Program-made: the position numbers and the translations under genes | The notes under the pieces: model-generated | The model's input: the letters and a program-made list of their open reading frames with translations, nothing else | What the model was told of the DNA's origin: nothing | Databases searched by the model: none | Shown: positions 18,850-37,620 of the stretch, piece after piece | Layout of the letters: each line of letters begins with the position of its first letter | Position numbering within the stretch: position 1 is the stretch's first letter | From: the human T2T-CHM13v2.0 reference genome, Homo sapiens | Length of the DNA: 64,000 nucleotides | Strand: one strand, 5' to 3' | Assembly: GCF_009914755.1 (NCBI RefSeq) | Contig: NC_060941.1

Positions 18850-19795
18850 AAAAATCCCACGCTATTCCAAGACTGTTGGATGCTGACTTCCCTTTCCTAG
18901 ACTTTATTGTGAAAGGGTGTTGGATTTTGTCAAATGCTTTTTCCATGTCTATTGGATTTTTTAGATTCTATTGATATGGTGTCTTACATTAATTGATTTT
19001 GGGATTTTAAACCAGCCTGATATTCCCTGGACAAATCCCACTTAGGCATGTCATATAGCTCTTTTTACATTTTGCTGAATGTGGTTTGCTCTGGATTTTG
19101 TTGAGGATTTTTTTCCTCTATATTTAGATTAGACATTGATCTGTAGTTTGCTTTTCTTGTGATATCTTTGATTTGGGTAGCAGGGTAATACTGGCCTCAT
19201 AGAATGAGCTAGGAAATGTTCCCTCTTCTTCTGTCTTTTGGAAGAGTTTGTAAAGAATTTATATTACTTCTTTAAATGTTCAGGAGAATTTTCCTGTAAA
19301 GCCCTCTGGGACTAGGCTTTCCTTTGTGGGTAGTTTACTAATTCAATCTCTTGTTATAAGTTTATTCATATTTTCTGTTTCTTGTGTCAGTTTTGGTAAT
19401 TTGTGTGTCTCTAAGAATTTGCCCATTTCATCTAACTTACCTAATTTGTTAGCACTTAAGTGTTCGTAGTATTCCTTCATAATCCTTTTTGTTGGTAGTA
19501 ACGTCCCCATTCATTCTAGTCCTTCATTTCTAATTCCAGAATGGAGAAGAATATGTGTTCTACTGTTGTTGGGTGGAGTGTTCTAAATGTGTCTATTAGT
19601 TGATTCATAATGATGCTCAAGCCTTCTATTTTCTTCTTGCTCTTCTAATTGTTCTATCTATTAAAAGTGGGTGGAGCCGGGCACAGTGGCTCACGCCTGT
19701 AATCCCAACACCTTGGGAGGCTGAGGTGGGCAGATCACCTGAGGTCAGGTGTTCAAGACCAGCCTGGTTAACGTGGAGAAACCCCGTCTCTACTA

Positions 19796-19954
<159 letters not shown>

Positions 19955-20120
19955 TCAATAAATAAATAAATTAATTAATTAATTAAATGTGGGGTACTGA
20001 AGTCTCCAACTATTATTAACAGCTTTATATTTATCCCTTCAATTCATGTATTTTGGGACTCTGTTGCTAGGTACATATATTATTTATAATTGTTATTCTT
20101 CTGGATGAATTTTGTCAATA

Positions 20121-21021
<901 letters not shown>

Positions 21022-21356
21022 TGAACCACTGCGCCTGGCCTATAAAGAATAACTTCTGACATTTTGCTATTTGTTTTCCATATGCCCTACATCTCTCTCC
21101 TCCTTCAATTAGTTCATTAACTGCGGTTTCTTGTGTTTGATTTTTTCTAGAGTATTTTTTGTTGTTGTATCTACCAACTTAGCACATTTCAAGTCTTTAA
21201 TATACTATTGTTAACTACATTCACATTGCTGTACATTAGATCCACATCCTCACTAACATGTTCTTTTGTCTTTTTCATAATAGCCATTTTAACAGGTGTG
21301 AGGTGATACCTAATTGTGGGTTTGATTTGTATTTCCCTAATGATTGGTGGTGTTGA

Positions 21357-21866
<510 letters not shown>

Positions 21867-22981
21867 TTATCTCTACTTAAAAAATAAAAAAATTAGCCAG
21901 GCACTGGTAATCCCAACTACTCGGAAGGCTTGAACCAACTACAGGAGAATCGCTTGAACCTGGGAGGTGGAGGTTCCGGTGAGCCAAGATCATGTCACTG
22001 TACTCCAGCCTGGGCAACAGAGCAAGACTCCATCTCAAAAATAATAAATTAAAAAATTAAAATTGTGTTATTTGGGTTTTTTTGTTTATTTGGCTGAGTT
22101 GTATGAGTTCCTTATATATTTTGGATATTTATTTACCCCTTATCAGATGCATGGTTTTCAAATACTTTCTCTCATCCCATAGGTTGCCTTTTCCACTCTT
22201 TTGTTTCCTTTGCTGTGCAGAAGCTTTTCAGTTTGATGCAGTCCACTTGTCTATTTTTGCCTTTTTGCTTGTGCTTTTAGTGTCGTGTCCAAAAAAATCA
22301 TTACCCAGGTCAATGTCAAGAAGCTTACCCCTGTGTTTTCTTCTTCTAATAGTTTTGTAGTCTCCAGTCTTAGGTTTTTGTCTTTAATCTATTTTTAGTT
22401 GATTTTTGTACATAATGTGAGGTAAAGTTCCAGTTTCATTCTTCTGCATGTGGATATCCAGTTTTCCCAACACTGAAGAGATAATCCTTTCCTCACTGTG
22501 TTTTCTTGGCATCCTTGTCAAAGATAAGTTGACCATAGATTAGTGGATTTATTTCTGGGTTTTCTATTCTGTTCTATAGGTCTATATGTCTGTTTTATGC
22601 CAGTACCATACTATTTTGATTAATGTAGCTTTGTAATATATTTTGGGTTTTTGTTGTTGTTTTGTTTTTGAGATAATGTCTTGTTCTGTCACCCAGGCTG
22701 GAATGCAGAGCTGTGATCATTGTAACCTCCAACTCCTGGGCTCAAGCAATCCTCCCACCTCAGCCTCCTGGGTAGCTAGGACTGTAGGTGCATGTCACTA
22801 TGCCCAGTTTAAATTTTTTGCAGAGACAGGATCTTTCTATGTTGCCCAGGCTGGTTATGAACTCTTGTAATATATTTTGAAAACAAGAATTGTGATGCCT
22901 CTAGCTTTTCTTCTTGCTCAAGGATGCTTTGGCTATTTGAGGTCTTTTGTGGTTCCATATGAATTTTAGGATATTTTTCTA

Positions 22982-23264
<283 letters not shown>

Positions 23265-23444
23265 CTACAAGAGTGAAACTTCATCTCAAAAAAATAAATA
23301 AATAAAAATAAAAAATAGGCTGGGCGGCCGGGCACAGTGGCTCATGCCTGTAATCTCAGCACTTTGGGAGGCCGAGGTGGGTGGATCACGAGGTCAGGAG
23401 ATTGAGACCATCCTGGCTAACATGGTGAAACCCCGTCTCTACTA

Positions 23445-24027
<583 letters not shown>

Positions 24028-24039
24028 TTAATCTTCTCA

Positions 24040-24424
<385 letters not shown>

Positions 24425-24768
24425 TTAAGCATGAGCTGCCGGATTCTCCTTATTTGGCACCCTGCAAATAAATGCCCTCCCTCCTTTCTCCCTATGCAAA
24501 CCTCAGTACAGATGTTTGACCTCACTGTGCCAGGCAAGCAGACTCCAATTTGGTCCTTTAACACTATTCTCTATTTGACTTATTTATGTTCTAACCTTTA
24601 TTATTATTTCTGCTAACTTTGATTTTAGTTTGTTCTTTTTCTAGTTCCTTTAGGTGTTACATTAATTGCTTATTTAAGACCTTTCTTCTTTTTTTCATAT
24701 AGGCATTTATCACCACAAACTTTCCTCTTAGTATGTTGTGTTACGTTTTTTTATGTGTCTTGAGATAC

Positions 24769-25985
<1,217 letters not shown>

Positions 25986-26583
25986 TATTTTTAAATTTTT
26001 ATTTATTTTTAGATGGAATCTCTGTCACCCAGGCTGGAGTGCAGTGGTGCCATCTCAGCTCACTGCAACCCCGCCTCCTGGGTTCAAGTAATTCTCCTGC
26101 CTCAGCCTCCTGAGTAACTGGGACTACAGGCATGTGCCACCATGCTCAGCTAATTTTTGTATTTTTAGTAGAGACAGGGTTTCACTATGTTAATCAGGCT
26201 GGTCTCAAACTCCTGACCTCAAGTGATCTGTTTGCCTCGGCCTCCCAAAGTGCAGGGATTACAGGCGTGAGCCACTGCGCCTGGCCTTCAACAATATTTT
26301 TAAATTCCCTTTTGATTTATTTGACTTGGTGATTATTCAAGGGTATGTTGCTTAATTTCCATGTATTTGTGACTTTTCCCATTTTCTTGCTGTTATTGAT
26401 TTCTAGTTTCATTTCATTGTGGTCAGAAAAGATGCTTGTAATGATTTCAACCTTCTTAAATGTGTTAAGACTTGTTTTGTGATCTGACATGTGATCTATT
26501 CTGGAAAGTGTTCCATGTATGCTTGAGAAGAATTGTATTCTGCAGTTAAGTGGAGAGCTCTGCGTGCGTCTGTTAGGTACTGA

Positions 26584-26745
<162 letters not shown>

Positions 26746-27535
26746 TAGCTGGGATTACAGGCAAGCGCCACCACGCCCAGCTAACTTTGTATTTTTAGTA
26801 GAGACAGGGCTTCTCCATGTTGGTAAGGCTGGTCTCGAACTCCCGACCTCAGGTGATCCGCCTGCTTCGGCCTCCCAAAGTGCTGGGATTACAGGTGTGT
26901 GCCACCGCGCACGGCCTGAGCCAGCTTTTTATAGGTTTTCTGTATGGATGCCCTATGCACTAATGTATGTGGGGTATTGAAGTCCCCTCCTATTATTGTA
27001 TTACTGTTAATTACTCCCTTTAGATCTGTCAAAACTTGTATTATATATTGAAGTACTCTGATATTGAGCTTATATATTTATAATTATTATATATGCCTAC
27101 TGAATTGGCCTTTTATCATTATATGATGACCCCTTGGCTGTCACTCTGCTCTTCCATTTACTGATATGCTTGCACTCACGTGGTTTTATGCTACCAGCTG
27201 GTCTCAAGGGTTTTGGGGCCTGCTCATTGCCATTGCACAGGCATCTCCTACCTCTGCCCCGGCCCTCTGAAGAGAGGTACTCCAACATTCCTGTGGTGCT
27301 GGGATTCCTCCCCAGCACATGCCTGGCTGCTTTGGTAAGTGGTGAATCTTCTGGGGCCTCTGTGGTGTGACCTCACCTGGTGGGTTTACCAGCCTTACAC
27401 AGCATCATCCATCTGAGCATGCCCATGTCACTGAAACTTCTCATCCCTTCTCCCACTGTCTCTGGCAATGCAGGCCTTTTTAACTTCACTTAGTTTGGGT
27501 AATTCCTTTTACCATGCTTCTAGGTGCCAATATAG

Positions 27536-27825
<290 letters not shown>

Positions 27826-28829
27826 TGAGCCACCGCGCCCAGCCAAAGTTACATGTTTGTACCAACTTCTGGAGTCCGTTTCAGGATGACAAATCTTATA
27901 TCCCGGGGGAGTGCTTCCAAATTGAGGAAGTTCTCATCTTCCAAATTTGTTTCTCCCTGCCCTTGACTCAGGCCCTCAGATCCAGCCCCATGAGGACTCT
28001 CCCCATCCCTGCTGGTCCATGGAGACTAGGTCCTGTAGCTTCCTTGGAGCAAAGGATCATCCCTCCCTTTTCAGACTAGCACATACCCAGCTGGGACACA
28101 CTGTGACTTAACCCTCGTTAGTGGCCTACTGGCCAGATTGTGAGGTGGAGGAAGAGCTGAGGGGGGTGATGTGGTTTTGCAGGGGAGTGGCCTCTGCACT
28201 GCCTACAAGCGAGAGAAGAATGCTTCCTAAATAGGGAGGGGGGAGCCAGTTCGGCAGACTTGGAGGATTTGGGAAAATCTGGTGATTCAGGATTTGAGGG
28301 TGCATCTAGCCCCATCCATGTTTCATAGTCCTCATTGTTTTCCAACCAGCTCATGACCTTGGTGTGGCAGGCCTGTTCAGATGGGGAGTTCCTCTTCTTA
28401 TCTTTTTTATTTTTATTTTTATTTTTTTTGAGACAGAGTTTTGCTCTTTTTGCCCAGGCTGGAGTACAATGGCGTGATCTCAGCCCATTGCAACCTCCGC
28501 CTCCAGGTTCAAGCGATACTCCTGCCTCAGCCTCCCATGTAGCTGGGATTACAGGCATGCGCCACCACGCCCAGCTAATTTTTTTGTATTTTTAGTGGAG
28601 ATGGTGTTTCTCCATGTTGGTCAGGCTGGTCTCGAACTCTCCACCTCAGGTGATCCTCCCACCTCGGCCTCCCAAAGTGCTTGGCCACCGTGCCCCACCG
28701 GAGTTCCCCCTCTTTGGGCGCAGTTACTCGCAATTAAGACCTGGGCCTGGGCCTGGGCCTCAGCTTTCTCCATCCTTCAGCCACTTTACATGCTCCCAAG
28801 GAAACCCTGTTACTTTCTCATTTAGCTTT

Positions 28830-29460
28830 AAATTGTTGATTAATCAGGCTCTGCTTAGCTGCAGCCACTCCAGTCCCACTCTCCTGACAATGACTGACTC
28901 CCCCACATTCATCATTTGCTGGTACATTCCCTTCCACCTCTGCATCTGCCAGCAGTGACAGTTTGAACAATAGTACCTCTGCTCTGTGCGGGGGCATGTA
29001 CCCGCTCCATCTACCCCCAGCAAAAGGATCCTTATCAGCAGCTAGGCAGTGGGTGATCCAGAGCCAGAATCCCATCTTAGCATCTTCTTCCTCAGACCCC
29101 TCCTGACCCAGCGGTCACAGGTTGGGCTCTCCAGAAGCAGTGTCTGAGAGGGAGGTTAGTGTGCAGGTTTCTTAGGGCTTGCCCTGTGATCGCCACCTGC
29201 AGAAGAGAAGAGAACGAAGCAGGATCAGGAAGAGGCAGAAACTGGCTGCATTCAGCGAAGGCCTCAGCCAACCCCGTATGTTTATCCCCATCCTGGACGT
29301 GTGTTGCTGAAGGAAATGAGAGTGTGGTTGGGTGGAGGCACGTTTGGAGAGGCCTGACGGCTGAAGGCTGTCTGCCAACAGCATTCCCAGCAGTGTGGCC
29401 AAGAAATGTTTCTTTTCCAAAGGGGGATCTGGATGGTCAATTGCAGTGTCCCCTTTAGAG
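28830..29460 (-). mobile_element. Old ERVL LTR (LTR16-like) with adjacent internal fragment
   Basis: GGTTGGGCTCTCCAGAAGCAGTGTCTGAGA ... GAAGCAGGATCAGGAAGAGG resembles LTR16 antisense; highly degenerate. Confidence 0.4.
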
Positions 29461-29732
29461 GGAGTGGAGGAAAAGTGAGACCCATGAGAAGCTGGAAAAA
29501 CCAGCTGTCATCATCACTCTCATCATTGTTCCTGTTGTTGCTTTTAACCTGCTCCTTCTATTGCTACCGGAAGTGCTGCAGGGGTTTTGGTATCTACATA
29601 GGGCTCAGTCGGCAAGAGTTCAGAATAAGTAGGGCCCTCTAGGTCACTCGGCCTCCTCCAGCAAAGATGTTAATCTGGAGACCGGGAAAGCTGGAAGGGT
29701 CTGGAGACTATTCTCATAGTTCACAAAGCTAG

Positions 29733-29954
<222 letters not shown>

Positions 29955-31253
29955 TAGAGATGGGGTTTCACCATGTTGGCCAGGCTGGTCTTGAACTCCT
30001 GACCTCAGGTAATCCACCTGCCTCTGCCTCCCAAAGTGCTAGGATTACAGGCGTGAGCCACTGCGCTTGGCCGGGAATATTTTTTAAACTATGTCTGGCT
30101 CTACCCTCATAAAATTATGAAATGATTTTAATGGTCTGGAGTTGTAGTTGGGATATTCAGTTTTATCTTGTTTTTTGAAACTCCCCAAGTACTTATAACG
30201 TACAGGCTGACAAGAACACCTGATTCAATCAGTTCTCTCTGCCCCGACTTTACAGATGCAGAAACCACGACCAAGAGAGAAGAAGAGATTTGTCCAAGAA
30301 CACATGGTAGGTAGTGGGAGGAGCCAAACCAGAGTCCTAAACCTTGACCCATTTTCCCACCATTCAACACTGCTCCTCGGGCTGAGCAGGGCCTGGTCCT
30401 GCAATGAGCTACAAACAGTCCGTGGGATGACAACTGCACAACTTTCATATTACATCAGCACTTAGTCTGTGGAGGTCGCAGGGAATTCTCGGTATAAGGC
30501 TAGGCTCAAGGAGTTCCTAGTCAGGAAAAGCTCCCCGGCGTGGGCTTGAGTAAAGGCCAGGTTGGAATTCAAAAGTTGGAGGACAGTAGAACTTCCATTC
30601 TGACTGGTGGGCCAGGAGAGAAGGGGTCTCAGCAGGGGTGTATGGAGACGAGTGTGACAGATGCAGGGAGAGTGGTGGGCCGCAGGAAAAGGGAAGCCAG
30701 ACTGGGAGGGAGAGGCCAGGCAGTGCCATGAAACCCCAGCCAGCAAACCCAGGGCTATGGATGTGTTTGAGACTTGGACCAGAGTCAATGGGGACTTGGA
30801 AGCTGCTTGAGCCTGGGAGGCACCTCGCCAGAGGAGAGCTTAGAACATGGCTTCTGGGAGCAGGCATGGTGGTCAGGTAGACCGAAGGCTGAGGCTTAGA
30901 GCAAGGAAAAGGCCACAGAGTCGCCCTTGTGTTCTGGGAGGGTGGGGCCGGGAGCCGCTCCAGCACTTGTCAGAGCTGCCGCCAACATTTATTATATTAG
31001 AGCCGGGCATGGTGGTAAGTGCTGTAGTCCCAGCTACTCAGGAGGCTGAGGCAGGAGGATCACTTGAGCCCAGGAGTTCAAGGCTTCAGTGAGCTGCGAT
31101 CTGTGATCATGCCTGTGAGTAGCCACTGCATTCCAGCCTGGACGATATAGATAGCAAGACCACATCTCTAAAAAACAAATATAGAGTTCTGGCCGGGCGC
31201 AGTGGCTCATGCCTGTAATCCCAGCACTTTGGGAGGCCGACGTGGGCGGATCA

Positions 31254-31652
<399 letters not shown>

Positions 31653-32405
31653 CTACTAATGTGGGTGTTAACAAGAGTGAGCAGCACCAAACCCCTGCTG
31701 GGTGAGGGTTGGGGACAGCAGGTGTGACTGATACACTGGGCAATGATGCCTCCCCTCCTGTCTCTGGCCTCTGGGCCTGATGGGCTCCAGCCTAATCCCA
31801 GCACTTCCTTTCCGGATGCTTGAAGGGAAAGCCCCACAGCTCTTGGTGTGCTGCAGGCTCTTAGCCCAAATGCTCCCCTCCTGAACCCCCCACGGCTCAA
31901 CATGGAACAGGGTCTGGCTAAATACTCCACCAGAGTAAGAGACGGAGAAAAATCCCGCCAGGCGAGCAGCACAAATGATGACTGGACAGCAAATGGCACA
32001 GGGAGAACAAATCTTAGAATGGATGGATCGAAGCCACCAAATAAGTATGACAAAAGACGAAAGCAGAGCAGGGAGCTGAACGCCCTGCCACACGGGAAAG
32101 TCACTGGCAAGAACAGCACTGAATCGTCTTCCATCTCCCAAACTCTTGATGCTTTTCCCTCTCTGTGTGTGTTTTGTCTGCACCCATGTCTGCACTTCCA
32201 CTCCCCTGAGATTCAAATGAAGCTGGGGAAGAACAATGGGAAACATTTCTGAATAGGGGCTGTCTTGGCCTGTGTTGCTATAAATGAACACCTGAGACTG
32301 GATAATTTATAAAGAAAAAAATGTCGGCCGGGCGTGGTGGCTCATGCCTGTAATCCCAGCACTTTGGAAGGCCAAGGTGGGTGGATCACCTAAAGTCAGG
32401 AGTTA

Positions 32406-32582
<177 letters not shown>

Positions 32583-33504
32583 TCAGGCTGGTCTCAAACT
32601 CCTGATCTCGTGATCCACCCGCCTCGGCTTCCCAAAGTGCTAGGATTACGGGTGTGAGCCACCACACCCGGCCTTCCTTGCAGATTCTTTTGGTACATAG
32701 CTCCATATTTCTTTCTTTCTTTTTTTTTTTGAGACAGAGTCTTGCTCTGTCGCCCAGGCTAGAGTGCAGTAGTGCGATCTCGGCTCACTGCAAGCTCCGC
32801 CTCCCGGGTTGATGCCATTCTCCTGCCTCAGCCCCCCAAGTATCAGGGATTACAGGCAGGAGTAGCTGGGACTACAGGCGCCCGCCACCACACCCAGCTA
32901 ATTTTTTGTATTTTTAGTAGAGACGGGGTTTCACCATGTTGGCCAGGATGGTCTCGATCTCCTGACCTCGTGATCCGCCCGTCTTGGCCTCCCAAAGTGC
33001 TAGGATTACAGGCGTGAGCCACTGCGCCCGGTCTCATAGCTCCATATTTCAAAATAGGATGCTGTATTTTGCTCTTTCCTCCATCCCACTCCCCGCCACA
33101 CATGTGCAACCTTCTCTGCCACTCCATCTTCCTCACAGAGTTTGGCGTGGGTTACCTTTCTGAGACCCAGCAAAGGTTGCTGATCTCCTTCTTTTATGGA
33201 CACTTCCTTGGGATGTGTCATAGTCCTTGGTTTTCTTCTCATATCGAAGAATGGAAACACAGAGCTAGTTGGAAGGTTTGAATATGTAAAGGTTTCAGCA
33301 TGCAAATTTCACGTTAGCGTGTTCTGTCGAGGCAGTGTCCTTGAGGACCCAGCCATAATTAGGCTTACGTCACAGGCCGATGCTAGGACATGGTGTAAAG
33401 TGAGTTTCCTGTTATCCCCACAGTGGCTGAGGTCACACTTAGTAATTATCCATGTGGGCAGAATATTTTTGTTGTTTAAGCTATACTCTTTTTTTTTTTT
33501 TTGA

Positions 33505-33609
<105 letters not shown>

Positions 33610-34361
33610 TGAGTAGCTGGGATTACAGGCACGTACCACCACGCCTGGCTAATTTTGTATTTTTAGTAGAGACGGGGTTTCTCCATGTTGAGGCTGGTCT
33701 TGAACTCCTGACCTCAGGTGATCCACCTGCCTCAGCCTCCCAAAGTGCTGGGATTACAGGCGTGAGCCACCACACCTGGCCAGTTTAAGCTAACTCTTAC
33801 AGAAGAGTGCTCAGCTCATAGGGGATCCCTTTATACAAGAGATAAGAACCAAACAAAAAGGAATGAATGATTCAAAGTAGAATTTCAGATGCTGAAAAGG
33901 CAATGAAAAAGTAAAGAAGCACATGAGTTACAGTAGATGGATCTGCGTTCCAGCCTCAACAGTGGTATCCAGCAGCACAAAACCCTCTTCCTGTATGTTA
34001 CGGGCTGAATTGTGTCCCCCGCCTCTCAATTCATATATTGACGTCCTAATCCCCAGCACCTCAGAATGTGACTGTATTTGGAACAAGGGCCATTATATCG
34101 GTGGGCCTTAACCCAATATAACTGGTGTCCTTATAAGAAAAACATTATCCTTCCACCCACAGGATCCACTGTTGGAAAACCAGAATAGTATCAGAAATAG
34201 TGGCAGGAAATAGGGACTTGAATAGAGGAAGGGAGGTGTTTTTATTACTTAGTCCTCCCACCCTCAATGAAAAAAGAGACAAGTAGGGAAGAATTCTGAT
34301 TGTCAGTGAACATAGCACTCAAGAAAATATATTAGGTCTATAAAATGATAGTTTAAAACCT

Positions 34362-34700
34362 GATGGTATGGTTTGAATGTGTCCAACACTCAAAGTTCAT
34401 GTGTTAGAAACCTGATCCCCAATGCAGCAATGTTGGGAGGCAGGGCCTAATGGGAGGTGTTTGGGTCACGGGGGCTCCGCCCTCATGAATGGATTAATGC
34501 CATTCTTAGAGGAAAAGATTCATTACTGTGGGAGCGGGTTCCTTATAAAAGGACCAGTTCAGCTCCCTCTTGCACTCACTCTCTCTCTGTTTCTCACTCT
34601 TTCTTTGCCCTTCCACTATGGGACGACACAGCAAGTAGGCCCTTGCCAGAACCTGGAGCCCTCCAGAACGGTGAGCTAATAAATTTCGGTCCATTATAAG
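34362..34700 (+). mobile_element. MST-type (MSTD-like) MaLR LTR
   Basis: TGGTATGGTTTGAATGTGTCC ... GTTGGGAGGCAGGGCCTAATGGGAGGTGTTTGGGTCA. Confidence 0.65.
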
Positions 34701-35419
34701 CTATAAGACCCTTCACTGATACCTCAAAATGATGTATGGGTGTGACTAGGAGGGCTTTTAAGAATGTTAAAGAAATGATGTCACTGAAAATGGTGGACTA
34801 GAGAACTCCAAAACCCATCCCTCCACTAAAGCAACAATTAAACTGGCAAAAAAAATGTCAGAATTTACTTTTCCTGAATTTTGGGATAATAAAAAACAAC
34901 CACTGAGGGTCTGGTTAATGAAGAAAGAAGCAGCTAAATTTTGGTAAGAGATATTGTGGCATTTCAATGTAACCCCCAATCACCTCTCAATCCCCAGTTC
35001 AGAAAGCAGCTATGGAGATGGTGGCCCACATTCCTTGGGCAGCTTGCTTGTGCCAGAGAGGCCAATAAGGTCCTTGTTCTCAAAAAGCTGTGGTTGTATT
35101 TTTCGACCAGTCTGGCAGCAACCAGAGGGACTGACTCAGAGGCTTGCCTTTGTTTCATCGCCCTCAGAACTTTCAGCATTGGAACCACCTTCCCAGCAGT
35201 GTTTGTCGAAAGGATTTAAAGGCATATGCCAGCTGTAGCCACCTGGAGCAAGGGAAAACAGATGGGGCCAGAAGCAGACACACCAGAGCACCTAGGAGGG
35301 AAGAGGCTGGGGAAAGAGAAACATGGAGAAATAAAGACTTCGAAAAGCTCCTGCATAGCTGGGCGCAGTGGCTCACGCCTGTAATCCCAGCACTTTGGGA
35401 GGCCGAAGTGGGCAGATCA

Positions 35420-35688
<269 letters not shown>

Positions 35689-36349
35689 TCACGCCTGTAA
35701 TCCCAGCACTTTGGGAGGCCGAGGTGGGGGATCACTTGAGGTCAGGAGTTTGAAACCAGCCTGGCCAACCTGGCGAAACTCTGTCTCCACTAAAAATACA
35801 AAAATTAGCCAGGCATGGTGGTGGGCGCCTCCCAGCTACTCGGGAGGCTAAGGCACCAGAATTGCTTGAACCAGGAGGCAGAGGTTGCAGTGAGCTGAGA
35901 TCGTGCCACTGCACTGTAGCCTGGGTGACAGAGCGAGACTCTTTCAAAAAAAAAAAAAAAGCCAAAAAGTAGAACCCAAATATTCACCAACTGATGAATG
36001 GAAAATAAAATGTGGCCAGGCGTGGTGGCTCACACCTGTAATCCCAGCACTTTGGGAGGCTGAGGCGGTGGATCACCTGAGGTCAGGAGTTTGTGACCAG
36101 CCTGACCAACATGGTGAAACCCTGTCTCTACTAAAAATACAAAATTAGCTGGGCGTGGTGGCACATGCCTGTAATCCCAGCTACTTGGAAGGCTGAGGCA
36201 GAATCGCTTGAACCTGGGAGGCGAAGGTTGCAGTGAGCCGAGAGGCCATGTACTGTATGATTCTATTTACATGGAATACTCAAAACAGGCAATTCCATAA
36301 AGATAGAAAGTAGACTAGTGGTTGCCTTTGGCTGTAGAAACTGGCAGAT

Positions 36350-36765
36350 GCGTTGGTTAATTTTATTTGTCACCCTGACTGGGGAACAGAGAGCCCAGAT
36401 ATTTGGTCAAACATTATTCCAGGTGTGTCTGTGAGGGTGTTTTTGGATGAGATTAGCATTTAAATCAGTAGACTGAGTAAAGCCAACTGCAAATGTGGGT
36501 GGGCCTGATTAGAACAAAAAACCCCACCCTCCCTTGAGTAACATTGCTTCTTCCTGGGTCTTGAGCCCACTGGCCTTCAGATGGAAATTACACCAGTGGC
36601 TCTCCTAGCTTTCAGGCCTTTGGACTTAGACTAGAACAAAACCATCAGTTCTTCCTGGTCTCCAGCTTGCTGACTGACCCTGGAGATCTTAGGACTTGCA
36701 AGAGCCAATTCAAATGCATATATGTGTTATTGGTTTCCTTTATCTGGATAATTCTGACTAATTCA
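36350..36765 (+). mobile_element. MLT2-type (HERV-L) LTR nested in an L1M 3' fragment
   Basis: TGGTTAATTTTATTTGTCA ... GTGTGTCTGTGAGGGTGTTTTTGGATGAGATTAGCATT ... CTGACTAAT. Confidence 0.65.
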
Positions 36766-37059
36766 TGGGAATTGGGAGGTGACGGTTAAGATTTCTTTTT
36801 GGGATGATAAAAATATTCTGCAATTGATTTTGGTGATGGCTGCATAACTGTGACTATATTAAAAGCCACTGAATTTTATGGCATGTGAGTTCTATCTCAA
36901 TATAACGTTAGCTATTTTTGTATGGTATATGAATCACATCTCATGATAACATATAGCTACTTTTTTTTTTAAGAAAATCTGCTTTTAAAGGCATTTGATA
37001 CTCACATTGTATATACTTTATTAAAGACCTAGAGGCAGAGGCTCTAGAAGGAGCAGGGG

Positions 37060-37620
37060 TCCCCAGCCACCGGGAGATTCCCAGCTCCCTTCTCGTGCTT
37101 GGATTCGCGCACTCAGGCTCATCCCTGCGGGTGGGCCTCTTGGACGCAGCACCCTCCGGAGACAGCGCCACGGGTGTGGGACTTTTCCTCCTTTCCAATT
37201 GGCAAAGTGATCCCGGGCAAGTCATTGTCCGTCATCCCAGGTATGCCTCTATAAGGTGTGGGACAGCTCCTGGTTCCACAGAGGATCGAGCATGGGGGCA
37301 GGTGGTGGACCGAACTGGAGAGGAAGGACTCTCGCGATGGGGCAGCAAGTAGGACGGGCGGTTCCAGACGAGCACACGGGGTGGGGCGGGCCAGCGTGAC
37401 GCCACAGGCGCCCCATTGTGACACACAGGCAGCCTCAGCTGGGATTGGCCGGGAGGGCGCCGGCCAGGGATAAAGCCAGAGTTCCAGGGCCCCCACCCTG
37501 GCCAGAGTCTGGGCAGAGAGAGTCTCTGCTGCTCCTGCTGCTGCTCCTGCTGCTCCTGCTGCTGCTCCTGCTGCTCCTGCTGCTCCTGCTGCTCCTGCCC
37601 GGCCTCCCCTCTAGGTAACC
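37060..37620 (+). promoter_or_regulatory. CpG-rich promoter with candidate first exon (splice donor AG|GTAACC at 37614/37615)
   Basis: Elevated CpG; kB-like sites GGGAGATTCC (37072-37081) and GGGACTTTTCC (37178-37188); CCAAT (37195) and reverse CCAAT (37444); GC box GGGGCGGG (37383); CRE half-site TGACG (37397); GATAAA (37469). From memory an upstream alternative SLC47A1 first exon maps about here (unverified). Confidence 0.65.
37526..37597 (+). repeat. Interrupted (CTG/CTC) triplet repeat, 24 consecutive Leu codons in one frame
   Basis: 72 nt of CTG CTG CTC-type units. Confidence 0.95.

Noticed and set aside
31668-32291. Longest ORF in the window (207 aa, minus strand)
   Set aside because: No recognisable domain, non-ATG start, and similar-length ORFs in overlapping frames suggest chance.
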